64,000 nucleotides of DNA from the human T2T-CHM13v2.0 reference genome, Homo sapiens: assembly GCF_009914755.1 (NCBI RefSeq), contig NC_060944.1, one strand, 5' to 3'. The notes beneath the pieces are model-generated. The model searched no databases, was not told the origin of the DNA, and was given only the letters and a program-made list of their open reading frames with translations. Below are positions 1 to 14,811 of the stretch, piece after piece. Positions within the stretch are counted from its first letter, which is position 1, and each line of letters begins with the position of its first letter. A program made the position numbers and the translations under genes.

Positions 1-431
<431 letters not shown>

Positions 432-441
432 CATTCTTGCT

Positions 442-1010
442 TCTTTATACATCTGGCAATTTTTGCTTGGATGCCAGACGTTATGAATTTTACCTTTTTG
501 TGGTCTGAATGTTTTTGTATTTCTACAAAACGTCTTTGAGCTTTATTCTGGGACTCAGTTTCTTTACATGAAAACTACTTGATTCTTCTAACTCTTGCTT
601 TTAAGGTTTGTTAAGCAACACCAGAGCAGAATTTAGTCTAGGGCTAATTATTTCCCACGATTGAGGCCAGGCGCATCTTAGTCTCGTGAATTATGAGTTG
701 TTGTTGTTTTTTTTTTTTTCCAGTCTGACTGGTTGGAAGAGGCCCTTTTCCCAGCCTTTGTGTGAGTACTAGATACTGTTTCGTCTACTCCTTTTGGGTG
801 GGAATTTCTTCAGGCTGTCCTGCAAAATTAAGCTTCTTTGCTGTCCTCAAAACTTGCAGCTCTATCTTTTCATCTGAGAGTCTGTCAGCCTTGATTTCAA
901 TTGCCTTTTCCTATACCAAAGCCTGGAACTTCTCTCAAGGTAGTAAGCTGGGAAATCATAGAGCTTACCTCACTTTTCTTCTGGTTTTTAGGAATTACCT
1001 TCCTAAAATG
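442..1010 (-). mobile_element. Ancient L1M fragment (probably also positions 1-53)
   Basis: Degenerate similarity to recalled old L1M consensus (ctttgagctttattctggga...cagtt); subfamily not determined. Confidence 0.45.
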
Positions 1011-1031
1011 TAAGAAATATCTATGATTTCT

Positions 1032-1525
1032 TATTTTTTTAACTTTCATTTTAAGTTCAGGGGTACATGTGTAGGTTTGTTACTAGATAAACGTGTGTCA
1101 TGGGGGTTTGTTGTGCAAATTATTTTATCACCTAGGTATTAAGCCTAGTACCCATTAGTTGTTTTTCCTGATCCTCTTCCTCTTCCCACACTCCACCCTC
1201 CGACAGGCCCCAGTGTGTGTTGTTCCTCTCATGTATCCATGTGTTCTCATTATTTAGCTCCCACTTATAAGTGAGAACATGTGGTATTTGGTTTTCTGTT
1301 CCTGCATTAGTTTTCTAAGGATAATGGCTTCCAGCTCCATCCATGCCCCTGCAAAGGACATGATCTCATTCCTTTTTATGGCTGCATAGTATTCCATGGT
1401 GTATATGTACCACATTTTCTTTATCCAGTCTATCATTGATGGTCATTTGGGTTGATTCTGTGTTTTTGCTATTGTGAATAGGGCTGCAGTGAACATACAC
1501 ATGCAAGTGTCTTTATAATAAAATG
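1032..1525 (-). mobile_element. 5'-truncated L1PA (older, about L1PA13-16) 3' end
   Basis: ORF 1254-1436 (WIKKMWYIYTMEYYAAIKRNE...MFSLISGS) is the L1 ORF2p C-terminus; 18-bp TSD GAAATATCTATGATTTCT at 1014-1031 and 1526-1543. Confidence 0.95.
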
Positions 1526-1729
1526 GAAATATCTATGATTTCTGTTGGTGACAGTCGGAGGTACTGTGGTTTATGATCTACATTCATAATTGAAGAAAGT
1601 GTTAGATTTCTATTACGGTTTTCTGAAAATAAAGCTGTAAACTTTTTCCTTCCATGTTTATGAACCCTATGGATTCTATCCTCAGACCCCTTAGTGATTT
1701 GTGTACTCCAGGTTAAGAACAGCATTTTA

Positions 1730-1980
1730 CATGGAAGATGAACATTTTAAAAAAGTTTCACAACTATGTGTTTATTTTAATGTGTGTTGAAAAATAATAT
1801 AGCTAGTGCTGCCCATCCAGAACTTCATGTGTATTGTTGCTCAGGACAAGGCTAAATTTTTAAAAAGGAATAATTCATAGTTGATTTAAACAAAAATATT
1901 AAGTAAGTGACAGAACAGATAGTACGTAAATATGACAAAAATTGTGAAGATGAACTACAAATGATGGGTTTTGGAAACTG
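1730..1980 (+). mobile_element. hAT-Charlie-type DNA transposon relic (MER113-like)
   Basis: Degenerate match to recalled consensus (ttgctcaggacaaggctaaa...caaaaatattaagtaa...tttggaaactg). Confidence 0.45.
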
Positions 1981-3049
1981 TCAGTGTCCCACCTTACTGT
2001 ACATTCTTCTAGCCATTGCCTGCACATCATTCATTGTTTAACATTATATCACCAGAATTCAGACAACAAATAAATCCACAGACTGATGCTTTCATAATTC
2101 ACAGGACCATACATTCATACAAACATGTGAATGAGTAGTGTGAATGTATAGCCTTTGACATTTGAAGTTCCAAACGATGTATTTGGGTGAGTTCTATAGT
2201 TCCTCTAGAATTGAAAGGCAGAAACTCAAAACTATCTATTATTAATTAGGCAGTCAAATCAGATGATTCAATTGCTGTTCCATTTGTTAGCAGGTTGGGG
2301 TTGTGCAGTCCCCTACTGGCTGGGCTTTAGGCAGCAATGGAAGTCTGTGATTGACGTCTGCCATTTGCAATGTCAATTGGCTACACAAGCAAGAATGGAG
2401 AGATTCTTTTGAAGGAATAATGCATTTCTATTCTTTATCTTTTGCTGAGACATGGCCACAAACAGCTCCTTCATTTTTTCAACCTTTCCTAGGGTGCTGA
2501 ATAAGTAGCCCTTTGAATTGAGATCTAGAGCCATTTCCCTGATTGCCAAATTAGGATGGCTGAGCCATCCCAGCATTGAGAATAGCTGATGTGAAGCCAT
2601 TTTCATGTGTTTGTGTGCTCAGCAATTGGAAAAGGTTTTGTGAACTGTTACAGGCTCCCTCTAGAAATGCATAACCCTTGTGCTTGTCCCCATCACTCTG
2701 TAATCAGTATCTTCTACAGAACAGTTGTATTGATCATGAATGTATTTAAAAGGATCTCTCCACAACCAGAATATCTGAAAAAAGTCTTTCATTTCCTTTT
2801 ACCTTCCTGGAAGAGTGTTTTGCTGCTACATGAAGGTGCACATGTCTGGGAAGGCTCAGGAATGGATGTTGACATCATGTCATAAACCCCTATTGTGGTT
2901 TCAGTCATTTGTGGAATGGTTGCAGATGGCGATCAACTGAAGAACGGATTTGTGGCGTTGTTGGTAAGGATGTTTGACCTCACCCATCTCCATTTCTGAT
3001 GCATGCAGGTGTTTGGAGGAAATCCATTACAGACAATCTCAAATTAGTT

Positions 3050-3310
3050 TAATTCATTTTGGCAAATACTTGTTAATGGCTAACTAGGTGCCAGACCCTC
3101 AAATAGATGCAAGGGCAAAGCAAATCTTAGTCATTGCCTTTAGGGACCTCACTGTGTGATGGAAAGACACAGGTGAGCCCCCTAAGTCCTCCATAAAAGG
3201 TCACAGCTGCGTGAGTGTGACAGTGACAATATGTAAATATCAGACAGATTGAAGAAAGAAGCAGGGAATGAACTCTATCCATGAGGATGAAAGTAGGGAT
3301 GAGATGTGAA
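3050..3310 (-). mobile_element. L2 3' fragment
   Basis: Antisense L2 tail motif attcatt..caaatactt..taactaggtgccag. Confidence 0.55.
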
Positions 3311-3339
3311 AAGAACAAATATTGCCAAGGTCACCTCTG

Positions 3340-3500
3340 GTACATTATTTTACTTAGATTGTCTATTGAATCCTCACAGCTTGTCTGTAAATTGTGTATA
3401 AAAATTTTCATGCTACAGATAAAGAAACTGAGTTTCAGAATGATTGAGAAACTTGCCCTATCCTTGGGTCATGTGGCTACTAAGTCAGTAAGGTTGGAGT
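3340..3500 (-). mobile_element. MIR
   Basis: MIR core acagataaagaaactgag. Confidence 0.7.
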
Positions 3501-3913
3501 AGATACTAAATCTCCTAAATATTTCTTGATTCCATCAACTTCTTTCTATTTCCAAGCCACTACCATCTTGTCCCGTCTGCCATGGATTCTAGCTGGGCTC
3601 TAGGAAGCCTTCTCAAATTCATTCTCCATCCTGCAGGCAGAGGGATGTTTTAAAACTGCAAGTCTAAATATTGCCATACCTTCCTTTAAAACCTGCCGAC
3701 GCCTTCTCATTTTTCTTTAGTTTGCTTTGGTGCTGCTTAAAGTCTCCTTTTTGAATGTCACAAAATTTCTTTTTCTCATTTTCTCAAACATCGCATGCTA
3801 CCTCTTGCCTAAGAGTCTTTGCACAGCCCAGTTTCTAGACTTGTGTCCTCAGATCAAAAGTCAGTATTCTACCTCCTAGATTATATCAGGTTCATTTACT
3901 CTCATGGCTCCAC

Positions 3914-4132
3914 AATAATAATAATAGCTAATATTTATTGAGCACTTAATATGTGCAGCCAGCTTTACAAACACTCTAAATGTATCAGTTCAGTTACATT
4001 TTACAACAGTCTCAGGAGGTGTGCACTATTAGCTCAACTTCACAGATGTTACTTGCTCAAGAAGACCTCACTTTTCGGTGAGGAATCTGCTTGATTCTGA
4101 AGTCCATACTCCCACTACTCCATTACACTGCC
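3914..4132 (-). mobile_element. MIR
   Basis: aataatagctaatatttattgagcactta...cacagatg. Confidence 0.7.
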
Positions 4133-4149
4133 TTTATAGTCATGGTAAT

Positions 4150-4600
4150 GGTCATGGAGATGTGCCCTTAGATCTCCCTTAAAGAAAACTGCTGTGAAGA
4201 GTGTAGCTAACTGAACCTTCAGATTCGTTGCTGCATTCACACAACAGTGAACCTATGCTTTTCCCAGGCTGCCCTTGGCAATGACCAAACATGGTGAGGA
4301 CACTAGAGCAGGGTTATTTTTGCCCAGTGCAGGATGGCTTTATGGGCAATCTTTGCTCAAGGAATTCCTGTCAACCTTGCCAAGACTTTGTCAGAGTGAC
4401 AATGTTGTTTGCGGTTCTTCCTACCAAATCCTCTTTCTGTCCTCCTTTGTCATTGTTAGACCTGCATTGCATTCTGAAGTCTCTCCATGCCTGTTCTTGC
4501 CTCCTCTCCCTTAGTCTTTCCCAGGAATTTCCGTCAATAAATCTCTTGCATGTCTAATTTCATTCGTGGCATCTGCTTCTCATAGGAGAACTGATATAGC
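4150..4600 (+). mobile_element. ERVL solo LTR, LTR16A-like
   Basis: 3' end caataaatctcttgcatgtctaat...ggcatctgcttctc matches recalled LTR16A. Confidence 0.7.
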
Positions 4601-5014
4601 ATCCTATATGTTTCTTCGCAGTGCATGTTAATGGATTGTAATTATAAATGTATTTGTTTGCTCATTTGATTAAAGTCTGTCTCTCTCTCCCACAAGACTA
4701 TGAATTCTGTAGCAGTAAGATCTTTTTATCTTTTGCTCCTCAGTGTATTCTTGACACTTTTAGCACAATGCTTGGCACAATACATATTGCTCCAAAATTG
4801 ATTGATGATTGAATAAGGCCAGGGCTAGCTGGCTCCGAAGCTTCCTCTGTTTAACTAGGAGTTCGTTTTGTGCTTCACTTGGGCTGATGGACTCCTGAAG
4901 GTAGTGTCCTGAGCAAAATTCAGTATGTTGCAAGGCTATATTCAAGTCCAATCATAGTAGAGATGAAAATTAAACTTACATGACCACATTAGTTCTAGAA
5001 TCACTTTTTAAATT

Positions 5015-5555
5015 ATTATTTTTTTAAAATCTCAACATTTAAAAAATATTTTCAAACACAAAGCAAAGTTAAAACAATTTTCCATGAAAACCTGTATACT
5101 CACCCTTAGATTCCACCATTAATACACTATAATTGTTTATATCATATATCTATCCAGCCATCCATTTATCCATCTTATGTTTTTGACTCACATTAAATTG
5201 TAGCCAGTATACTGCTGCCTAAATACTTCAATCTTCATATTATTAAAGTTTACAATTTCTTTACGATTTTACTTTTGCTGTAAAATTCAGCAAATGAGAT
5301 GCACACATTTTAAATGTATATTTGATAAGTTTTGACAAATGAGTACATCTGGGTAACCCAAGCCTCTATCAAGTTACAGAACACTGCCATCATCCCAGAA
5401 AATTTTTCTGCAGGTCTTTCCTAGTCAATGCCACCCCCACTTTTCCAGAGGCAAAGATGTTTCTGACTTTTTTTTCCATCATAGATGAGTTTTGTCTGCT
5501 CAAGAACTTCCCATAAATGAAATAATAATGTACTCTTTTACGTAAGGCTTCATGT
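5015..5555 (-). mobile_element. Old L1MC/ME 3' end
   Basis: Antisense L1M 3' motifs (gttttgacaaatg, agaacactgccatcatcccagaaa, agaacttcccataaatgaaat). Confidence 0.75.
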
Positions 5556-6059
5556 CACTCTTCTGCTTAAAATTCCTGCGTGGATCCATGATCATAGATC
5601 ATGAATCTACAAATCCCATGGTACATAAAGCAAATACCTTAACTCTTCATGATCTCCAGGTTTGCCTCTTCTACATTGTCATTCTATGGTACCGTTCCTC
5701 AAATGCACCATTCTAAGTTGCTTTTGAACTTTCAGGCATAGTTTCCTCCACCTGGAGCACTTTATTGACTCCATCCCATGCCTTCACCTGATATAGAGGT
5801 TGACCGTTGCTTTTGTGGGCCCAGCGTCTCTTCTCTTTTTCCTCTGGTAACATCAATCCGTCCTCCACGTGTGCACTACCTCTCCATTCCCCACATGATT
5901 CTGTCGGGCTTTCAGTGGCAGTTCTCTGCCTTCCTGCCCTCAGTTCCTGTCAATTCATAGTCACTCATCCCATTAACCCTGGTAATTCGTTAAGGGGTTG
6001 GGACATGTGACCTAAGCTGGACAAATCATAGCCTTTACAAAGATTTTATGATGAAAAAA

Positions 6060-6910
<851 letters not shown>

Positions 6911-7064
6911 ACTTCGTAATGTTTTGGACATCTAAATGTTTTACTTTTTTTTTTTCAAGTCTTCCCAGTTTTGAGCCAATACATTCCCTTTTAATGCTTA
7001 GACAATTTCAAGTTGGCTTCTTATAACTTACAATCTGAAGAAACCTGGCTGATCCACATAGAAC

Positions 7065-7340
7065 ACTATCACTCATCCATCAGGCCTCGGGTTAAAGGCT
7101 ATTACTTATGCCTATTAATTCAGGTTCTCCTTTCTATGTACTTTCATAGGACAAATCATTTCTGTAATCTATTTGTGTTTTGGTTTGCCTGATAAACTGT
7201 AATCTCACTGAATACAGAGACTTTGTCTGCCTGATTTGCCAAATATTGGCGAACTGCCATGCCACCAACCTCCCGAACAGTTTGCTTCTCTCAGTGGTTG
7301 TTTAATAAATATTTGTCCAAGGAATAAATGAATGATTGAC
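7065..7340 (+). mobile_element. L2 3' end
   Basis: taataaatatttg..gaataaatgaatga tail. Confidence 0.6.
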
Positions 7341-7716
7341 TGCTCTTAGCTCTTCTAGTGGGCATATTGTAACTCTAAGTCTGCATTCACCACAAAAAAA
7401 TCTAAAAAAATTACTGGTCAAACAACTCAAAAATTAGGTTTATAAAATGATGATTTCCTTCACCTTGCATTTGCCATTCCTACTCATTTTTCTTTTGATG
7501 GCTTATTGCTTTCTTAGAAATATGTTTTCTTGACTTCTGAACTGAAAGACAATATACTTTCTTTTGCCCTTTATATCTTAGGACACTTACTCTTTTTATA
7601 CAAGATTTACTAATACGTTCTGACATTCTGATGTATTAATGACTGCTCATCAATAAGTGTATTTATCTTTGTATTTTACTACAGTAGGATTCTTTTGTGG
7701 CAATGCATTAGCTTAA

Positions 7717-8052
<336 letters not shown>

Positions 8053-8214
8053 CCAGGTTACATCTTTAAGATGTAATGATTTCTCATTGATAGGATTGCT
8101 TTTTGGGATCAGGGGCTCTACTCTGCTTCAGTTTTACATATTTCATTCCTTAATTTCCTCATCCACAGGAAATCTCCCAAAAATAAAGCTAAAAAAGGTA
8201 GATGAATCAGACAC

Positions 8215-8640
8215 ATGAGTTTTCTTTATGTTGTGGTAAAAAAATAGCCCTAAGATCTCATTGGCCTAAAACAACATTTAGTTCTTGCTCATATAAAGTC
8301 TGCCATGGTTTGCATGACTTTCTTTTTTTTTTTTGAAATTCCAACTTTTATTTTAGAGTTGGGGGTACATGTGCAGGTTTGTTACATGGGTGTATTCAAG
8401 GCAGCATTTCGTGACTCTGCATTACGCCTCCCAATCAGTGGGTGCTTCCTCACTCGTACAGGCTGGAGAAGAGGAAGCTGTACCTTGTGTGCTGCCTTTT
8501 AAATGCATTTGCTCAGATTTCATTGGTCAAAGCAGTCACATGGGCACACTTAGTTTCCAGGTGGCAGGGAAGTATTAATCCTATCAGATGTTTGGAAGGA
8601 CGCGAAATTGAAATATTGGGGAACAGAACCAATGGCTATG
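8215..8640 (-). mobile_element. MLT1 (J/K-like) LTR containing a ~75 bp L1P 3' stub at 8321-8396
   Basis: tttcattggtcaaagcagtcacatggg (MLT1 antisense); ggggtacatgtgcaggtttgttacatggg (L1P 3' end). Confidence 0.65.
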
Positions 8641-9119
8641 GTTCTGAATCTCTTGCATTATGGTTGGTTGAAATGGGATATGAGTATTGTGTTTTAGGTA
8701 CTTTGGACTCTCAATAGTTGAACTCTACATGGGACTTGAAGTGGGATTCATTCAGAGGAGGATTTTTGAAGGCCTGCTTTCCTTTTCTTTTTAAGCACTT
8801 ACCTACAAAGCAACTGTGTTAAATAGAACATCAACTTCAGTTCTCAGCAGAAAAAAATTATTCTCTCCCCCAGGTAATTTCAGTTTTAGTCAAGCATTTC
8901 AATGCCAGCCTGATATTGTAGAAATTTAGGGATTTTTTTTAGATTTTTTGAGAGAATGAATCATGGAGGGAAAGCCCTTGGGTAAGCCCAGGTTTTAGCT
9001 GTTTATCTTTTGAGAAATGTTGATTGCTGTGCAGTAAAAAGTTGGACTCTTGTGTTCACAAAAAAAGAAAGAACAAGTTAAAAGGAGCTGCTTTTGCTTT
9101 TGGTTTAAGAGTCTTTCTT

Positions 9120-9400
9120 AATAAGGAACAATGAACATCAACACCCAGTTATTCAGTAAACCAATTAAATTAAATTAGCACAGCCAGGAAACAAAGGAAC
9201 AATCCTTCAACTCTTCCATTTATACCATAGACTCAGCAGTCACAATACAAGAAAGAGGAGTAACAATACAGTCTGTAAAGGCAATTAATATTAATTTTTC
9301 ATTTTTTTCTCCAGCTAACATACTTAAAATGCTTCCCTGCCCCCCCCCAAAAGACAGCTCTAGTATATTATTTCTCTTTTCTTTTCATTCACAATACAAT
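9120..9400. promoter_or_regulatory. Candidate enhancer, SOX and homeodomain motif cluster
   Basis: AACAAT x3, CACAAT x2, AACAAAG and TAAT arrays in a repeat-free block; motif evidence only. Confidence 0.35.
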
Positions 9401-11059
9401 TGAGATAAAATTAGCTTTTTTGCGTCTTTCCCATTACTGGTTTACATTCAATGTTGTGTCTTTGAAACAGTTTTAAGCAATCTCCTTCGGGGACTTTCCC
9501 ATTGCTTACCCTGGTTAGTCTGTAACAAGGATGGGCTATCCCAGTACAGTAAAGAATGCTGGCTTTAGAGAATGGTCTTAGGTCAAGAATTATTATTGCT
9601 CAAGGCCTTCGAGATCTAGTTATGGGTTTCTGCAAACCCTGTGGGCTCTTATGATAATGCTTTTCTCCACTATTATTGTTATAAGGCATTAAATCAGTCA
9701 GATTCATGAGCAACAAGAGGTCAACGTCTGATTGAAATTCATAAGGTCAAAAAGGAAACTAAAAATTAATTTATAAGATATGAAGATTTAGGTTCAAACT
9801 ATATCCATGAGCAATAAAATTTCACATCCATAAATGTAAGAAAATCAGTTATTAAACTTGAGGGGGGAAAGAAGACTTATTAAGTTTTACACACACATAA
9901 GGCAGCTAACACATAATTTTATCAGACATTACTGAAATCCTGTGTGTAATATAAGGGATGATGGGATAAAATGCTAAATGGTTTAGCACTAAATTATTAA
10001 GTGATGTATCCCTAAGGTATTAAACAGATAGAAAATGCAGAGCAGGTGTCTCTCCTAGCAAGACTTGATCACCAGTTTAAGTGCATATTGATAACAAATG
10101 CACTTCAGAGAGAAAATAGTATTAGTAATATTTTTGCTGCGTGAAAGCCTGGTGTCAGGATGACTAAAAGCTTCTCCCTGACAAAGAAATGTTCATTTCT
10201 TCTTCTTCTTCTTTAAAAAAAAAAAAAATTAATCATGTTAAATGTTAGGTCCCTATGGAGCAAAAGGGGAACTCTAGAGGGATTTGAGTGTTTCCTTATC
10301 TCTTTCCTTCCATCATTTCTGCATGCAAAAAATAGAATGAGTGGAAGAGAAGATCTATCTACATAATATAGTAAAAATGGAAAACATGAACACAGTTAGT
10401 GTGGCAAAATAAAAAGATAGTTTTGCCAGGATGAGAGTAAAGAAAAGTTTATGAAAGCAAATATTGGCATTAAAAAAACCCAACTTAGAGCCACAGTGCA
10501 GTTAATAGCTTAACTCTGTTCTTGGCTTGATGTCCATTTTATTCCACTGATAAAAGGAAAATAGAATCTTTCTGGTCTACTTGGTAATCAGAGGCTCTGG
10601 CTGAAAATTAAATAGTGAAAACATGTGTTTGTAAGTGAGTTGGAAGGCATCTCTCTTTTTTCTCCGTAGATGCCATATAAATCTAAGCATAGTTCCTGAT
10701 AGGTTTATGGAAACACGATGTTAGCTAGTTTTCTGTGGCCCTTGGGAGCTACGTAAGATTGGCTCAAACCTCACTCCACACACTGTGGAAGCCCTGAATG
10801 CTCTCCTTAAATTGCGAAAATTCTCATGAGGCTAAAATGCTTTTGTTACCTATCATCCTTGTATCTGAGTGCTATGTTTGCTGCATTAGTTTCGTTTATG
10901 AATCTTTTCACTATTCCACTTTGTTTTGACCTATGATGGCCCATGTGTTGAATTGAACCCTTTCTTGAATTATACATATTCTCTCTCTCTCTCTTACACA
11001 CACACTCACACCCTTCACTCAGAGAAGTCATGTAGACATGTAAGTTCAGTTGGTGTAAA

Positions 11060-11205
11060 ATTGTACATGCAATCCTCATTTCACAGCTATGGGACGGAGG
11101 CTTTGAGAATTTTAGTAACTTGCTTGAGGCTCTGGAGCCTTGCGCATGGAGTTGGGCCTCCAACATAGACGACTGACTCTAAGTCCCTTGTCTTCTCTAC
11201 TCTTC
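11060..11205 (-). mobile_element. MIR
   Basis: cctcatttcacag...agtaacttgcttgagg. Confidence 0.6.
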
Positions 11206-11238
11206 TGTCCTAGGCTTGAAATCCCCTGTTGGTATAGA

Positions 11239-11460
11239 CAGAGGCCAGCAAACTATGCCACAAGGCCAAATCTAGTCCTCCATCTGTTCTTATCAATAAA
11301 GTTTTATTGGAACACAGCCATGCTCATTTGTTTACATGCACTCTACAGCCGCCTTCTCACTACAATGGCGAAGTTGATTAGTTGTGACAAAGACTGCACG
11401 GCCCACAAAGCCTAAACCTTATTCTCTGGCCCTTTACCAGAGAACAGTTTGCAGACCCCT
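11239..11460 (+). mobile_element. MER58A (hAT-Charlie)
   Basis: aataaagttttattggaacacagccatgctcatttgtttac; terminal inverted repeats cag..gcaaac / gtttgcagacccct. Confidence 0.88.
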
Positions 11461-11680
11461 ATTGTAGACGATAGATTCGTATGTACTTCATGAACAACAG
11501 GGTTCATAAATATTAACAGGCGTGACATGATTTTTTAAAAGGGTGTTCTGTGATCTAATAAGTTAAGGAAATGCTGGTTCAAATGAAGTTAAAGAGACCC
11601 CTCCTCAGAGCCTTTACTGTACTGATGGGTGCAGTTTCTCTTCGAGAAGATGAAGAGATTTTGCATAACTTGAACCCAGA

Positions 11681-11684
<4 letters not shown>

Positions 11685-11726
<42 letters not shown>
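11685..11726. repeat. (TG)21 microsatellite
   Basis: Read directly. Confidence 0.97.
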
Positions 11727-11729
<3 letters not shown>

Positions 11730-12374
11730 GTAATAATTTATAAGACACATTTGGGAAAGCCTGGATTGGGTGATAATTTGGGGAATATACTTCCTAAAGG
11801 GTGGCATTTGAATTCCTAGGTCTTCCTTGGGAAGGTAGCTAGAGAAGAGTAGAATTTTCCATTTGTAATATCAGATTGATTAATTTAATGTAATCTCTAA
11901 TGTTACCTTAGAAAAAGGTTCTCAGTCTGTGGTCCAAAGGATCACTGGGATTTTCTATGACCTGGGCAGAAGCTAATCTCTTTTGACTTTATAGGAAAAA
12001 ATAACCCACCAGATAGAATTTTGTTCATTTTATTTTCCTCCCCATACATTTTTCTTGAGCCTGTCTGTGAGTACCAGCTATAGGTGACCGGTGGATAAAC
12101 AAGAATCAAATGATTATTAATAAAAAATTGGAAATGACAGACCTTATTTAGTTTGATAATTTTTTTAAAAAGGTGCATTTATGGTTGCTACATGGTACAT
12201 GTGTCATGTAGTTATTTTCTGCCGAATGGGTTGCTCTTTGTATGTATGGTAAAATTATGTATCATGTATTTCGTGATATTCTGCATATAGCACACAGGGT
12301 TTCCAGGGGCTCTCGCTGGCTTTAGGAGGTTGGAACAGCAGTGTTCAGTGCTGGAAGATTATATTACTCACAAC

Positions 12375-12890
12375 TTATTTGGTTGTGGATGACAAAAATC
12401 CAATTCAAATTCGATAAGTAATTGACTTGTATAACAAGAGCAACAGTGGATGTAGCTCCAGACATGGCCGTTCCCAGGAGTTCAAATGACATCACCAAAA
12501 CTTTTGTTTCTCTTTATTGTTTTATTCTCACTTCCTCCAGTTGATTTATTTTCTTGGAGTGTCTAAGGTTATTGGCATTGCTAGCTTACATTGTTTCTAT
12601 AGGTAGAGATCCCAAATTTTCTTAAACAGCCTTGTATTAGTTCCCAAGAATGTCTTTGCTTGGTCCTGCCTGGCTCATTTGTCCAACACTGGAGCATTCC
12701 CTATGTCCAGGGTGAGGTATTCTGATTGGCCAGATTGGATGTCATGATCAGATGTGTGACCAGCAAGGGACATTTCATGTTTGACAGTCCCCCAGGAGCT
12801 AGAAGGGGAGGTTCCTAAAAGAGAAAAGAAGAATGTATTGTCTGAAGAAAAAGGAAGGGATATCAGAGGTCTGTCCACAGATTTAGGAGG
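12375..12890 (-). mobile_element. MLT1 (L/M-like) LTR
   Basis: ttggttgtggatgacaaaaatccaattcaaa; tctgattggccaga. Confidence 0.55.
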
Positions 12891-13107
12891 CAGAGACATT
12901 GGCTTGGGGCAGAAAGAATATCAATTTGGGAAATAGGGGACCACACTAGAATGCAAGCTTCATGAGGCCAGAGTTTTCATTTATTCACTACTTCTAAAAT
13001 AGGGCTTGGCACAAAATAAACACTCATGAATTGAGTGAATGAAATATTCAGATGGACCATGGGAATTCAGGATTTAATAGAAAATATCATGAATATCCTG
13101 GGGGTGA

Positions 13108-13590
13108 TATGGTAGATTATAAAATGCCCACAATCGTTCACTCTTTCTTTAAAGAAGTGGAGTCTATTTCCCCATCCTTGCATCTGAGTTGGGAACAACC
13201 AACTTTGGACAATGAGACATTAGCAAACATCACTGGAGCAGAAGCTTGAGACACACTCATGCATGTAGGACATGCCAGGCTTGTCCTCGTGCAGCTGTTG
13301 GATCTCTGCCACCATTTGAATGAGCCAGAACTAGCCTGCTGGAGGATGAGGGACCGTGTAGAAGAGAGCTGAGGCACCCAAGCCAACAGCCACCCAGCTT
13401 CCCAGCTAATCCAGAAACCAATCACAAACTCACTAGTGAGTCTCAGCCAAGATCAGACAACCCTGGCCATGATCAGCAGCATCTCCCAACCCCAATTGCC
13501 AGTTTTCAGACACATGAACTAAATAGAAGTTAATGTTTTAAACCACTGAGTTTTGAGGGAGGTTTGTTATGCAACACATGCTAACTGATA
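13108..13590 (+). mobile_element. MLT1G/H LTR
   Basis: aagaagtggagtctatttcccca...ctagcctgctggaggatgag...gtttgttatgcaac..gctaactgata. Confidence 0.8.
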
Positions 13591-14811
13591 TAGGTACTTA
13601 GGTTCTTGCCTGAAGAGAAATACTGTCAGAGTCCAATTCTCTGATGACCAGTTTTTTCCTTGTTATCATTCTTACTTTCAAGCCCAGAGGTTTTAAAGTC
13701 CTCAAGTTCATGCCTCGGTTTTTCCTTCCCTTGGTGTGCAAATATATGCCTAACATTTGCATTTTTATCAGTCTTTCTATATTTCCTTGCCAGATTTTCA
13801 TGAGAGTGTTTTATAATTATTAGTATTATTTTATTGTCACATATATATCTCAGTTAATGCCGACATGATTGTTCTTGCTGTTGTAACCTGAATTAGGAAT
13901 TTTCACAGTTGGGTATTGATCATTCATGTAATTGTATGATGAAGGAAATACAATTCCCTCTCTGCCTTTGAGAAATCAAAACAGTGAGGAGAAAGGATGA
14001 GGCAAATAAAAAATCAAAACATGTGTGGTATTTTAAGAGGCACTGTCTTTATATTTTTTTTCCTTAAAAAGAGAAGCTATTATTGTTTAGGGAGTTTCTA
14101 TTATAATAAATATCAACAAAATGGTTTGTTTGGGAGTTCAAAAAATACGTGCTTACTTGAAATGATTTCCAGGTAAAGTTTTATAAAATTACTCTTGCCT
14201 TATTATATTATGTACATTTTTATTGTATTAAAATACAAATTATATTACATAGCATTATAAATTGTTATTAAAATGATCTGCAGCATAACTAGCAGGGAAC
14301 TTACATATAACTGTAAAAACTGAAATAAAAATCTATTAATGCAATAAACCTACTTAATAAAAGTTACTTTCATATTCAAAAACAAAATATTAAGGCATGC
14401 TTCAGATCTGAAAGTCAAAAATGAGGGAATAAATTAGTGAAGGTTAAGAACCTTGTAGCAGCTGACTAACAAAGCTCTAGGGGATTATAAAATTTCATGC
14501 TCTTGTAATAAAAAGGATAAAGGATTGGCCAGAAGACTACTAAAAGTTAAAATAAATGAACATAAAGGAGATGAAAAAGTCTGACATGAGTGTGACCACT
14601 AATGTGTAAAGACTAAAGACATGGTATTAAAGTGTTAGAGGCTGGAATTAAATGCAAAATGAATTCTGGTGGTAGATTAATAGAAAATTATAAAGGTAAA
14701 TGAGTTCGGTTTCATGGTTTCAGAAAACTTTATATATCTCATTATTTTTCTTAGCACTTAAGAAGAAGCAGGGTAAGACAAATTAAAATTTGGCATAAAC
14801 CATATTGAAGT

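Larger units (their letters stand above)
3510..4816 (+). mobile_element. L2 fragment split by MIR and LTR16A insertions
   Basis: L2-like at 3510-3910 and L2 3' end at 4605-4816 (agcacaatgcttggcacaatacat...tgaataa). Confidence 0.6.
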
